A program made the translations under genes and the position numbers. The notes under the pieces were generated by a model. The model was not told the origin of the DNA. It saw nothing but the letters and a program-made list of their open reading frames with translations, and searched no databases. Source: the human T2T-CHM13v2.0 reference genome, Homo sapiens. Taken from it: a DNA stretch of 64,000 nt. This document shows positions 1 through 34,808 of this stretch, piece by piece. The DNA lies in NCBI RefSeq assembly GCF_009914755.1, contig NC_060925.1. One strand, 5' to 3'. The stretch's first letter is position 1, and each line of letters opens with the position of its first letter.

Positions 1-57
1 GGCAACAAGAGTGAAACTCCATCTCAAAATAAATAAATAAATAAATAAATAAATAAA

Positions 58-1436
58 TTTGAAGGGATTACACTACCAGATTTTAAGATTTCTTATGCAA
101 CTACAGTAATTAAGACAGTGTGGAATCAGTGCAGGATAGACATATAAACCGCTGGAATAGAACACAGGAGCTGGAAACAGCCCCAGGCACATATTGATTT
201 ATGAAGGTGGCAATGCAATGCAGTGGATTAAGGGTAGTCTTTTAAAGAACGGACACTGGGACGTTAGAGAAAAAGTGAAAGTTGACCCCTACCTCATACC
301 ATAACAGTAAATGAATTCTAGGCCGGGCACAGTGGCTCACGCCTGTAATCGCAGCACTCTGGGAGTCCAAGGAAGGTGGATCACTTGAAGCCAGGAATTA
401 GAGACCAGCCTGGCCAACATGGTGAAACCATGTCTCTACTAAAAATACAAAAATTAGCCAGGCGTGGTAGCACGTGCCTGTTATCCTGGCTACTCAGGAA
501 GCTGAGGCAAAAGGATCGTTTGTACCCAGGAAGCAGAGGTTGCAGTGAGCTGAGATCATGCCACTGCACTCCAGCCTGGGCAAGACAGCGAGACTCCATC
601 TCAATAAATCAATAAAATACATAAATAAATAAATTCTACATAGATTGAAGATCTAGTGTGAAACTTAAAAAAATTAAGCTCCTAAAAGATAATAGTAGAG
701 AATATCTTCATGTCCATGTGGAGAAGCCTTAGGAGTTAAAAAGCACTAATCATAAAGGAAAGATTGATAAAGTTGATTAGATTAAAATTAAGAACTATTT
801 ATGATTCCATTAAGAGAGCAGAAAGGCTTGCCACAGAGTAAGATAAGATATTTGAAATGCATATGATAAAGGCATTGTATCCAGAATATATGAAGAATGC
901 CAGCAAAATAAGAAAAAGACATATTAGAAAAATATGCAACGGAGACCAGAATAAGCACTTCAAGCAGACTAACTATGAAGACTAACTTTGAAGAATGACT
1001 AACATTGAAGAAATGCTGAATCTCATTAGTAGTTGGGGAAATTAAAACAAAACAAAACAAAACAAAACAAAACAGGAGACATCATGAAATACCTACCAGA
1101 ATGGCTAAAATAAAAGATCATTCTAAGTGTTGACAAGAATGTGGAGCAACAGAAACTAGTAGGAGTGTAAATTGACATGACTACTTGGAGAATGGTTTAA
1201 TAGTATCATTTGCTAGATAGACAAACCTATGACCCAACAATTCTACTCATAGGTATATACCAAATGGAAATATATGTACTTGAGCATTAAAAGATATGCA
1301 CAAGAATGTTCTGGAAGCATTCATAATAGCTCCAAACTGGAAACAATCCAAATGCCCATCAGCAGGAAAATGCATAGATTATAGTATATTCCTACAATAG
1401 AATACTACACAGCAATGGGAATGATCAAACTACAGT
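58..1436 (+). mobile_element. Old L1 (L1M-type) ORF2 3' end/3'UTR fragment, interrupted by an Alu
   Basis: Decayed translation resembling GLTLPDFK..YKATVIKTVW..DRHI..WNR, plus typical L1 3' motifs. Confidence 0.75.
321..632 (+). mobile_element. Alu (another Alu tail at 1-57)
   Basis: GGCCGGGCAC start, A-rich tail, TSD TAAAT(G/A)AATTCTA. Confidence 0.95.
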
Positions 1437-1747
1437 TTGCCAGGCGCGGTGGCTAAACATAGGACATTAAATCCAAAATCTGTGGTAGGTGCATTCATAT
1501 CAGTAAATACCACCAGACCTTAAATGACATCTTTCCCTTCTTGATTGAACACTCAATATTTTCCTAAGAATTCCTCATGTTTTTTTCGATGACTGTGTAA
1601 GTCTCCTCCTCTGTGTGCTTCCTCTTTGCTTCCTAGTGTGATATGTTATACCCAAAATAAACTGAGACATTCTTAACAAAAATATTTAACCTCAACCTAA
1701 TCAAGTTTCTAGATGTAACTTCCAGCTTCTAGGAAGATTAAAAAACA

Positions 1748-2045
1748 TTTTTTTTTTTTTTTTGAGACAGAGTCTTGCTCTGTGGCCCAGGCTGGAAGTG
1801 CAGTGGGGCAATCTCAGTTCTTACAACCTCTGCCTCCCGGGTTCAAGCAATTCTCCTGCCTCAGCCTCCTGAGTAGCTGGTACTACAGGCTTCCGCCACC
1901 ACGCCTGGCTAATTTTTGTATTTTTAGTAGAGACCAGGTTTCACCATGTTGGCCAGGCTGGTCTCAAACTCCTGACCTCAAGCAATCCACCCACCTCAGC
2001 CTTCCAAAGTGCTGGGATTACAGGCATGAGCCACCGCACCCAGCC
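1748..2045 (-). mobile_element. Alu (S-type) lacking its left TSD
   Basis: Full dimer on the minus strand. Confidence 0.95.
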
Positions 2046-2439
2046 TGCACCCTTAAATTTTATATCACCTAAAATCTGTCCATTTTCAATTTTGCCATTT
2101 ATCCCAAGAAAGTCTTTTGATGCTTTTCTTTTTAAACCAAGATACAGTCTAGCTTTATGCATTGCATTTGGTTATTATGTCTATTTGGTTTCCTTTAGTT
2201 TGGAACAGTGCCTCTCACTTTTTTTTTTTTTCTCGTGAGAATGACTTTTTGAAGGGCTCAAGCCAATTAGTTGGTAGACAGTTCTATGTTTTTAATCTTC
2301 CTAGAAGCTGGAAGTTAGGTCTAGAAACTTGATTAGGTTGAAGTTAAATATTTTTCTCAAGAATGTATCAGTTTATTTTGGGTACATCATATCACACTAG
2401 GAAGCAAACAGGAAGCACACAGAGGAGGAGACTTATGCA

Positions 2440-5890
<3,451 letters not shown>

Positions 5891-6210
5891 GCGTTCCTGG
5901 GGAAACCCCAGTGTCAGTGTGCTTAGGTCTTTTCTCTTAGGCCACCTGGAGTCACTGGAGACGTTTCTTCAAATTTGCTGCCCAGAGAGTGTAGATCTGG
6001 GTGGGAGTTCTGAAAAGGAGGTTGGGAGTCTTAAGTGTGTAAATTTTCATTTATCCTCACCCCATCCCATCCACCATTTTCAGCATAGTAACCTGTCTTC
6101 AGCTGTGCCTGGTGTCCTGCTGTTCAGAGATTCCTCTGTGTTATCCTCTCCTGAAACTACTGGTTCAGTCTTCTGCGGACGTAAAAGAACAACAGTCACC
6201 TACAGAGTAG

Positions 6211-6721
<511 letters not shown>

Positions 6722-7934
6722 TGTATTCTATTTTTAGCGTTGCTTTCACTCCGCCTTTTTAGAGGGTACTCCAGGCAACCTATTTCTCTGCTTTTCAGGA
6801 TTCTGCAAGGGAAGTTGGGTTCCTCTTGGCCTTCCCCTCTGCCCACTTAGGATTCAGCCTTTTCAGGACTCATAAGTCCATCACCATTCATCTATTTGTT
6901 TTCCAGTTTCCAAAAGTTTTTGTTATTTTTCTTCTCTTCCACTCAATGTGTCCCTGTGGGTTCATGCCTCTGGCTTTAAATCCCTTTTTCTACAGTAATG
7001 ATTTTTTATGAGGGAGCTAAATGCATATGTTCCAACTACTCCCTTTAAATAGAATTTAAGACAGAGACAGGGAGGAATAAAGGCCAGGGGAGGAGGCCCT
7101 TCTTTTGACAAGGAATTCAGTTTTCCAGGGAAGGGAATTGTAGACTGTAAGTCTCTCAAAGAAAAGGGCACCTGTGGGATGAGGGTGGGGACTGTCATCC
7201 TTGTGAAGCCCTACATCGTTGGGTACTTTCTCTTTAGGAAAGTCCAAGTTAACTACAGCTTTAATTCTGAATTTCCCTGATTCTCTCCTAAAATTAGCAT
7301 AAAAACTGCAGTCTGGTTTATTAATTTTGTGGGAGCTTAAGGCAAGAAAGATGAGTGTGGCTTTGATCTGTCCCCTTGTCTCCCAGGAGAGAGAAGGGGT
7401 ATTAGCTTTGAGTACCCATTCTGAGTGAAACCAGTAGCTGAAAAGTGACCCAAGATCCTGGAGGATTGTTCCAGAGAGGAGGACAAGAGAAGAACGATCA
7501 CTTTCTGTTTACCCTCATGTGTTAGTGAAGGTTGTTCTTTGAAGAGAAAGGATTCCAGCAAAATTCTAGATAAAGTAGGGGTGGCAAGATGATCTATAAC
7601 TGAATGAACTCACTGGAAGCAGAAACTCAGAACCAGAGGTGACTGTGACTCTGAAAGATGATTTCAATTATTGTGTATTTATGTCTTTAACTGTGTAATC
7701 GAAGTGTATTCTACATATAGGAAAGTATACAAATTATAAATGTATACCTTGATGAATTATCTGTTTATTCATTTTTAATGTGTACTGAGAGAAATGTAAC
7801 TGGCACATTAAAGATGAAATTTCAAGGATGTCATTCCTTGGGATGAGGGTAGTGTAGGCTGGTAAGACATGATAACTCACCTTACAAGAACTCCATAACT
7901 TACAGGCTTATTGTTCATGCATTCAGTGACTGCC

Positions 7935-8370
7935 TGGTTTATGTTATCTCAGAAGCAGACCCTAAGACAAGGATTGCAGTGCAAATAGTTTATTTAGGAA
8001 ACACAGGAAATACCAATAGGGAGAGGGGGAAATGAGATAGGAAAAGGAAGATAACCAATAAAGGATACACTTTGAAGTTAGCTACCATCGCAGGAGACTG
8101 GAGCTTAATCTCAGTGAAACTGGGAATCTGCAAAATACAATATTCAGAATTATGCCACCTAGTGGTGAGCAGACCAGGCATTCTCATACCAACTACCAAA
8201 TGTCATTGGTTGAGGGCTGTTGGTGGGACTATGGTGGCATGGTCAGTAATAATTCTCAGATATTTGGGGCAGCCCAGCTCCTGGCAGAGAGATGCAGATA
8301 CTGGCCTCCGGCATTTGCTGGAGGCACTGGAAGGTCTCAAGGATATGCACAGGGCAGAAACAGCATTGGC
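7935..8370 (-). mobile_element. Old ERV-L LTR (LTR16/LTR33-like)
   Basis: CAGAAGCAGACCCTAAGACAAGGATTG..GTGCAAATAGTTTATT motif typical of this family. Confidence 0.55.
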
Positions 8371-9222
8371 TACTCTAACTAAACCTTCCATGATACATGC
8401 TCAGAAGTATGGAAGTATAGATGATGCCGAGTGCTAGTGTGAATCCCTCCTGCATTGTTTTCAGCATTCTTCTGCTGGAAGTTGACAATCATTAGTTATG
8501 GAAAATATGTAGGAGGATATATAATTGCAAATTGGAACTGGACCTCACTGTCAGTATTGATAATGTTAATTTCCTTTTGATTCTATCATGAATCAGTGAT
8601 GAAAATGGTATTTCTAAAGGATAAGGCTGGAGATTGTAATGGAAACGTGAACAGTGGTGGTGATTTGAATAAAGTTTACTGATTATGCACAGGAAGAACC
8701 TGGGCATGAAGGTTTAAGACAAATACCTAACAAAGCTGTTAAAATTGCCAATCATATAAGAGTGGGTCACTGAATTCTCTGCTTCTCAGTTCTATGAAGA
8801 GATGGGCAGTGATTTCAAGCAGCTTCTCGTTTTGTTCAGAAGCTCATTGGTTTTCCCTCAGAAGAATCCCTATTTATCTCTTCAAGATGCTAAAACATCT
8901 TCATCTTTCCGGATTACATACCCTTTGTAACAGCGCATGCCTAACTGGCACTGGCTATATCACGTGAACAATCTCAATTCAGTCCTGCAAGGCAAGGTTT
9001 AAACCAGTTTTCCACTTGAGAGATCAAGTGCCTTAAATTACCGTGTTGTGTAACTGGAGTTGTGGGGCATGCCTCTTTATAATGGTGAGTCAGGTTCCTT
9101 TTGCTTGAATGATATGATTATTAACTCATCTGAACTGAAATGATATGGTTATTAACTCCCTGAAACTGTATTTTTGAAGATGATGAAGAGACACTTAAAT
9201 GACTTGATAAAATGTCTTCATT

Positions 9223-12911
<3,689 letters not shown>

Positions 12912-13453
12912 AGCATTTTTCTTTTTTAGTAGTACATAAAATAATGATGTTTCTCAAATTAAATGATGTTTTAAAGACAATTAAATACTGATTTTGTCTG
13001 TCATCTGCATTACGGATTTTTTTTTAGGTGTGTCATCTGTATATTGACTTTAAGACATCTTTTGCCTATAAAGATTTTTAATTTTTAAATAGTCAAGTAC
13101 ATTGACTAGGTCTGTAGATTTGGTTAAAAGCATCTCTCCCACTAGATTTTCAGGATTTTGATCTATTTTTATATTTTATATTTTAGAGTTTAACCTAGCT
13201 GGAATTATTTCTGAATATGGTTTAAGATGAGGACCCATGTCAAAACTTTATTTTCTTCTAGATTGATAAATACTAGAATTCCGTAGGCTTCGCTTATTAA
13301 GCAATTCATCCATTTCCTACTGAATTGAGCCTCCATCTTTGTCATTTAATAAATTCTCATATGTACTAGAATCAGTTTTGGATTCTCTAGTCTGTTTCAT
13401 TGGTTTCTTTGTCATTCTTCATGCCAGAATCATAATCATATGGCTATGGCGAC

Positions 13454-13810
13454 TGCAATGGTTTGAATATGTCCCCCAGAAAGCAGGCGTTGGAAACTTC
13501 ATCCCCAGGGCAACCGTGTTGGGAAGTAGGTCCTAATGGGAGGTATGTATGTCATGAGGGCTTTGCCCTCATGCATGGATTAATGCCTTATAAAAGAGCT
13601 TGAGGTCTTGGGTTGAGTCTCCTGCTCTCTCCAGCTCTCTTGCACGTCTGCCATCTGTCATGGATGACACAGCAAGAAGGCCCTTGCCTGATATGGGCCC
13701 CGCGATCTCAGACTTCCTAGACTCCAGAACTGTAAGAAATAAATCTCTGTTTGTTATAAATTACCAAGTCTCAGATATTCTATTATAGCAGTACAAAATG
13801 GACAGAGAAA
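13454..13810 (+). mobile_element. MaLR solo LTR (MST/MLT1A-type)
   Basis: TGCAATGGTTTGAAT start; CAGAACTGTAAGAAATAAAT poly(A) region; TSD G(C/T)GAC. Confidence 0.8.
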
Positions 13811-14202
13811 GTGACTTTTTAGTGTGTTGTGCTATCTGGTAAGCCAAGTCCCCCATCACCGTTCTTTTCTTGACTTTTCTTGTGTCGTATTGGACCTTTA
13901 TTCTTGCATAAATTTTAAGATTTTAAAATCTAGTTCCAAAATCAAAACAAAACCCTGCTGGGACTCTAATCAGAATTATAATCATTTTATATTATCTGAC
14001 ATTGTTATGATAGCAAATCTCCTCTATGAATGATATACATTTTCATTTACACAAATCTTGTTTTATGCCTTTTAATGATTTTTATTTGTATTTTCTTCAC
14101 CTTTATTTTCTTATTATTAAATTTGTTCTAAATATTTTATAGGTAGAATTACTCCTTCTGAGGATGGAATATATCCCACTTCCATTCTATTCTAGGTGCT
14201 CA

Positions 14203-14506
14203 TTTCTTTTTTTTGTTTTTTTTTTGAGACAGAGTCTCACACTGTTGCCTGGGCTGGAGTGCCATGGTGCAATCTCGGCTTGCAGCAACCACTGCCTCCT
14301 GGGTTCAAGCAATTCTCCTACCTCATTCTCCTGAGTAGCTAGGATTACAGGTGTCCATCACCACGCCCGGCTAATTTTCTGTATTTTTAGTAGAGATGGG
14401 GTTTCATTATATTGGCCAGTCTGGTCTCGAACTCCTGACCTCATGATCCACACAACTCAGCCTCCCAGAGTGTTGGGATTACAGGCGTGAGACACCATGC
14501 CCAGCC
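14203..14506 (-). mobile_element. Alu
   Basis: Consensus match. Confidence 0.93.
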
Positions 14507-14852
14507 CTACTAATTTCTACATGCTCATTTCTAAAGCAAGGAAAATATTTATTTTGTGTGTATTTCTTATGAGGCAACTATCTCACATCAATTCTCCTAT
14601 TAATTCTAGCAGTTTTTGTTACAGACTTTTTCTAGATATGGTATCATGTCATCAGCAAAAAGATATAGCTCTACCTCTTCTTTTCCAATATTTGTGCTAG
14701 TTTTCTTATTTTATTTGACAAATACTCTAAGACAATGTTACAAACTAATATGATGGCAAGTTTCTGATTTTATTTGAAATTGTTTTATTGTTACACTATT
14801 TAGGGTACCATTTACATTTTTTATTTTTGTAAATAGTCTTTCTTAGAAGTAA

Positions 14853-15685
14853 TGTCTTAGTCTGTTTGGACTGCTATTACAGAAGACCATAGACTGAGTG
14901 GCTTATAAACAACAGAAATTTATTTCTCACAGTTCTGAAGTCTGGGAATTCTAAGATCAAGGTTTGAGCAGGTGGTTCCCAGAGGCCATCTTCTGGATGT
15001 GTCCTTATATGGTAGAAGGAAGGGACAGGGAGCTCTCTGGGGCCTCTTTTATAAGGTGTCAGATACAAAAGAAGTTCCTCTTCAAAGGTTTGGCTTGTTC
15101 AGCGTCCCGTTCTTTGTTGCCTACTTCCAAGGCCAAACCAACTTCCTTATCCTTTGTGCCTCCCTATGTTAGTTTCAGTAAACAACTTTCTCACCAGTCC
15201 TTGTCTACAGAGACCACATCTGCTACCCACTCTGTAAATTACCCCTCCCGTTGCAATGGCTCTTCCTGCCAAAACTGCCCTTCTCACCAGTGTAACCACA
15301 TTCCGAATTAGCCAGTTGGGTTCAGCTTAGATTGTGCGGTCCAACTCCAGCCAATGGAGGCAGGACACAGTGACAGGGACAAGCCGCATTAGGAATAAAA
15401 ACCCCTTCCCTCCTTTGTTCAGTGTGCTCTCATGGTGACCAAACCTGCGAACAGCACCCTTCTACAGAAGTAAATTTTGCCTTGCTAAGAAATCTTTTGT
15501 TTAAGTGCTCATTTTCTTCGCAACTTCGAGCTTTACTTCCAACATAAGGGTAGCAATCCCACTCATGAAGGATCCACCTTCATGACCTAATCACCTCCCA
15601 AAGACCTCACCTCCAAATACCATCACATTGGGAGTTAGGATTTAACATATGAATTTTGTGGGGATGAAACATTCAGTCTATACCA
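14853..15685 (-). mobile_element. MLT1A-type MaLR LTR, split by an LTR10 insertion
   Basis: TG...CA ends with 5-bp TSD AGTAA (14848-14852 / 15686-15690). Confidence 0.85.
15057..15544 (+). mobile_element. LTR10-family (HERV-I) solo LTR, 488 bp
   Basis: TG...CA ends; TSD TAAGG; GGGTTCAGCTTAGATTGTGCGGTCCAACTCCAGCCAATGG core with CCAAT and AATAAAA. Confidence 0.8.
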
Positions 15686-16746
15686 AGTAATCTCCTTCTA
15701 TTCCTATTTTACTTAGAGTTTTTAGTACATGAATTAGAACAATAGTTGGCTAACAGTAAATGCTCTTTACTTGTTAAGCAGATAATGATGTACCAGAAAT
15801 GACTGCTAAAGTTTATTAAAGTCTTTTTCACTGACTATTGACATGATCATATAGTTTTTCCTCTTGAATTTGATGTTATAGGTTATGTTAATGTGCTTCC
15901 TGGTATTGGAACACCCTTATATTCCTGGGAAAAACTTGGTTGGTCATATATATTTTTAAAAATTAATCACTAGTTCTATTTGTCAATATTTTATTTAGAA
16001 TATTTGTACTTACAGTCATAAATTAATCTATACTTTTCTTTTTTGTACTTGAAAAATCATGGTTTAGTATTAAAGTTCTACTTCTGTTATTGAATAAATT
16101 CAGGAGCATTCATCTTTTTCCTTAGTCTGAAACATTTCCCCTTCGTTGGGAACTGCTAACTGTTCATGGGGTGGGTGCCCAGAAGCCAAGTCTTTCTACC
16201 ATGACACTCCGTGGCCCCTGGTCAAAGCCAAATGATCAAATGATCCTGCCAAAATTTGGAATTTTGAACTGAGTAACACAACTGAAAGTTGCCAGAGCTG
16301 AATCATGTTAAGGGTGGTGGTTTAGAGGGCATCTCTCTGGGCATTTGCTTTGTGGTGCTCAGAAATCCGCTGGTTCGTAAACTTTCACAGACTAGGCTAA
16401 CCAGTTCTTCCTCGAATTCCTGAAGACTCCAGAATCCTTCCAACAACAACAATAATAATAATCATTTTAACTTAGAAAGCAATTCTGGTGAGCTAGTTAC
16501 TTGCAAATAATAGGGCCTTAATCACAAACCTATGTATAGAATAGTTTCTTATCCCAAAACTATGGCTAGAATCACCTTTATGTGAACACGTTAACAGTTG
16601 TGCTTTTACTTTAAAACAAAAGTTTACTTTGACTAGGATACGGGGTAATTAAAAAAATTAAAAAGTGAAAAAGAAAACAAAACTTTACTTTCTTGAAATT
16701 ATACGATGTGTAACATGTACAGCAGGAACCCAACTTGATTTGTTCT

Positions 16747-17136
16747 TGCTATGGGCTGAGTGTTTGTATTCTGCCACAAACGAGTATGTCGAAGCCCTAA
16801 CCCCTAAAGTGACTGTATTTGGAGATGAGGCCTTTATAGAAGTAATAAGTTTAAATGAGGTCACAGGGGTGGGGCCCTGATCTGTTAGGATTAGTGTTCT
16901 TAAAAGAAGAGACATCAGAGAGCTCACTCTCCTCAAGCACACAAGAAGAGGTCTTGTGAGCATACAAGGAGATGGTGGCTGCCTACAAGCCAAGAGAAAA
17001 GGCCTCAGAAGGAAACCTACCTTGCTCACCCCTTGATCTTGGACTTCCCAGCCTCCAGAACTATAAGAAAATTAATTTCTGTTGGTTAAGCCACCCAGTC
17101 TATGGTATTTTGTTGTCAGCCAGTGAAGACTCATAC
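16747..17136 (+). mobile_element. MLT1A/B MaLR LTR
   Basis: TGCTATGGGCTGA...GTGACTGTATTTGGAGAT...CCAGAACTATAAGAAAATTAAT motifs. Confidence 0.8.
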
Positions 17137-17425
17137 TGTTCCCCAAATGGCTAACTAGTTGTCCTAATGATATTTGTTGAATAATCCATCATTACCCAGC
17201 TGCTTTGAAACGCCAGCTTTACAATATACTAAATTTAAATAAAGTGTCAAGTCTGTTTCTGAGTTTCCAATTTCATCTCACTGATTTCCGAGTATATTTT
17301 GGCACTAGTTTTATTTTGATTATTTTGCCTCCATAATACAAGGTAATATCTGGTAGGGCAAGTCTGCCTTCATTATTGTTGGAAAACATTATTGGCCATT
17401 CTGGAACACTTGCCATACTAGCTAA

Positions 17426-18860
<1,435 letters not shown>

Positions 18861-19479
18861 GCTAGCAAGTACTATAATTGTATTCTATTTCCTCATTTGT
18901 TGTTTTTGTAAACTGTTGATGTAGAAATGTATTTGGAGTGATGTACTCAAATTTTGTTGGAGGGAGAAAACTCAGCAATAAAACAGCATTACAGTATAAT
19001 CGCTTTTGTGGAAAATATATAACAATGCATGAAATACGTTGTGTGTGTGCAGGAAAGGTTGTACACCAACTGTTAGCAAGGTTACCGCTGCTTGCTGAAA
19101 TTACAGGCAATAATTTTTTTGTTTTTGTGTATTTTCTGGCATTTCAGAAATACAAGGTAAGCAATAAACATGAGAACTTTTATTGAATACTAGAAGAGAA
19201 AACTGTTGTGGTATTCTTTTAACAATATACCGGAATCCATTCAACTGTCTGCTGAGAATAAATAACTGGCATGTACATAATATTTAGGGAAAGTGCTATG
19301 GATTATTTTACACCAGTGTCGTTTCACCAAAAAACGTGATGCCGATGGCTCCCTTTTGTCACGGGTTTCAAAGGCTCACCCTAACGTTCACGTGCATTTT
19401 CCCAGCGGAGGAAAGATGGTTGTTCTTCATCAGAGTCTGGGGCCCAAGAACGCAGGCTCCATCTCCTCCCGCAGGAGCC

Positions 19480-19960
19480 AGGCTGATGATGCTCGCAGGG
19501 ATCGGATACTGGGAGCCCCTGAACGCAGCCAACCCGGCGCGCACCGGTGGGGGCGTCTGCGCTGGCGGAGCGGCTCCCCGGGAGGACGCTGGGAACCATG
19601 CTCTAGCCAGCCGCTGCGCAGGCGCACTGGGCCCCGACTGCCCGCCGCAGCGCTACGTGGGAGCTTGGCCGCGCAGTGCCGGAACCCGGCTGCAGCGGTG
19701 GGAAGGCGGGGGCGTGCCGGCCCAGCGGGGAGAGGGTGAGCGGGTGGCTGTCCCGGGCTTGGGGAGCTGGGCGAGCCGGGAAGCGCGAGTTCCGCCCGCG
19801 GCCACCCTGTCGCGCGCGGTGCTCTCCGCAGCCCCGGAGTCGTGCTCAGACAAAGGCTGGGAGGCTAGGGCCGGGGGCGTTTTGCTTTGTGGGGAGGACT
19901 TAGCCTCTCATTTGGGGAGGAGGAGGCGGGGTCTAGCGGTTTCGCGGTTTGCTACAGCCG
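19480..19960 (+). promoter_or_regulatory. ZFP69B: CpG-island promoter and non-coding exon 1 of ZFP69B (donor GG|GTGAGC at 19735/6)
   Basis: High GC/CpG; NRF1-type TGCGCAGGCGCA 19615-19626; GC boxes; E-box CACGTG 19389; candidate exon-2 acceptors near 20215/20224. Confidence 0.8.
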
Positions 19961-20521
19961 ACTAGTGAAAGAGCTGGGATTCCAAATCCCCGGCTACTTT
20001 ACACATAATTACTGCCCCAAACAAAGAATTGGGTTGTATTCGTCTCTTTGTGCTTCCTGACATGTGCGCGGTGCTTTGAATTTTGTGGGCTGTGTCTGCC
20101 CACCGTCTCCGTGTATCTTTTGGAAACATTTTACAGTGATCCATATATGTTCTAGCGTTCTGCCCTATGACTGAGCCTCCTTAGTCCTTTGCTGATTCTA
20201 ATGTCTTCTGCTCAGCATCTGCAGGGGCTGCTGAGAGTAAATACTTGGCGCCTCCAGCTGCTGGCCAAGGAGACAGATGGAGCTCAAGTTGGGAGATACG
20301 CCCTGAGAGCCGATGATAGACACAAGTCCAGATCTCGGATTTTGATACTGTATGTTCCCTGGGTTCCTGAGAGAGGACATTGAGGAGTAGGAGTCGGCGA
20401 TTAAGGAGATCGGTACAATTGGGAAGCCTCCTGTCAGAGCTTCCAGCAATTTCCTCATCAGAGGTGGACAAGCCCTATGGGCTAAGACAGAGGGTCCTCA
20501 GAAAGGAGTGCGGACGCCGTC

Positions 20522-33149
<12,628 letters not shown>

Positions 33150-33253
33150 AATATACTAAACATCAAAGAATCTATGTTGGAGCACAAGATTCTAAATCAG
33201 TGGTTCCCTGATCCCTCAAAAATCCATTTGTTTTTGGATTTCCAAAAACGAAC

Positions 33254-33259
33254 ATTAAA
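33254..33259 (+). terminator. ZFP69B: Candidate ZFP69B polyadenylation signal ATTAAA (alternatives ATTAAA 33304, AATAAA 34177/34187)
   Basis: Hexamer about 105 nt after the stop; usage is not shown by sequence alone. Confidence 0.55.
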
Positions 33260-33392
33260 AAAAAATGGTTTGGCACAATGTTCCCAACTCTTAATTTTGC
33301 CATATTAAAAACACAACACCTATTATCAGCATTGTTTCAGAAAAGAAAGGACATTTTAATATTTTTAAATGTAGGAACAGTTCCCCCCTCCA

Positions 33393-34027
<635 letters not shown>

Positions 34028-34354
34028 AGGAACAGCCTGTTATATTACGTCAGCTTTATGACAGACTCCCACATTTATCTTTACTTTTCCCAGTTCACTA
34101 TGTGCCAGTGAAATTTCATGGCGTGTTAGTGATCTGTGGATTAACTTTTGAGAAACACTCTTTTAAGTATCCCTTTAATAAATCAGAATAAAATATAGTA
34201 CAGCCTTTTACTCTAGCCCTTTATATGGCTAGAAGAGGTAGAAATTAAAATGTTGCTTCTCATTTCTAGAAGAAAAAATGTTAAAGGGAGTTTTCTAGCA
34301 TTGATAGATAACTTACTGTACACGAGATGCTTATTTATATTTTATGGTTTTATA

Positions 34355-34808
34355 TAGAGCAAGAATTGGCAAACTTTCTGTAAAGGGCCAGATAGTAAAT
34401 ACGTTAGGTGTTGTGGGCCATGTGGTCCCTGTCACACCTATTCAACTTCCCCATTTTAGTACAAAACAGCCAGAGACAATATATAAACTACAGTATCTGA
34501 ACCTTGGCACTACCAATATTTTGGACCGGATAATACTTTGCTATAGGAAGCTGCCCAGTGCATCCTGGGATGTTTAGGGGAATCCTTGGCTTCTACCCAC
34601 AAGATGCCAGCATTCAATGCTGATAGCTGCCCCTCCCCCAGTTGTGACAGTCAAAAATGTCTCCAGACATGGCCAGGTGTACCTAGAGGCCAAAATTGTC
34701 CCTGGTTGAGACCCACTGATGAATGTGTGCAATAGTGGTTCCCATAAACTGCATTTAAAAAACAGCTGTTAGGTTTCGTTTGGCTCAAGGGCTGTCATTT
34801 TTCACTCC
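34355..34808. mobile_element. MER58A-like hAT MITE with nested MER20 (~34491-34718)
   Basis: GGCAAACTTTCTGTAAAGGGCCAGATAGTAAATA (MER58); GTTGTGACAGTCAAAAATGTCTCCAGACAT...GGTTGAGACCCACTG (MER20). Confidence 0.75.

Noticed and set aside
8440-8800. Possible decayed pseudogene in unique-looking sequence
   Set aside because: No recognisable peptide, poly(A) or TSD; cannot be supported without a search.
15091-15100. p53 response element in the LTR10 copy
   Set aside because: Only one imperfect half-site (TGGCTTGTTC), with no adjacent partner.
19293-19965. 148-aa and 209-aa ORFs over the ZFP69B CpG island
   Set aside because: GC-rich DNA lacks stops in several frames; Arg/Gly/Ala-rich with no domain.
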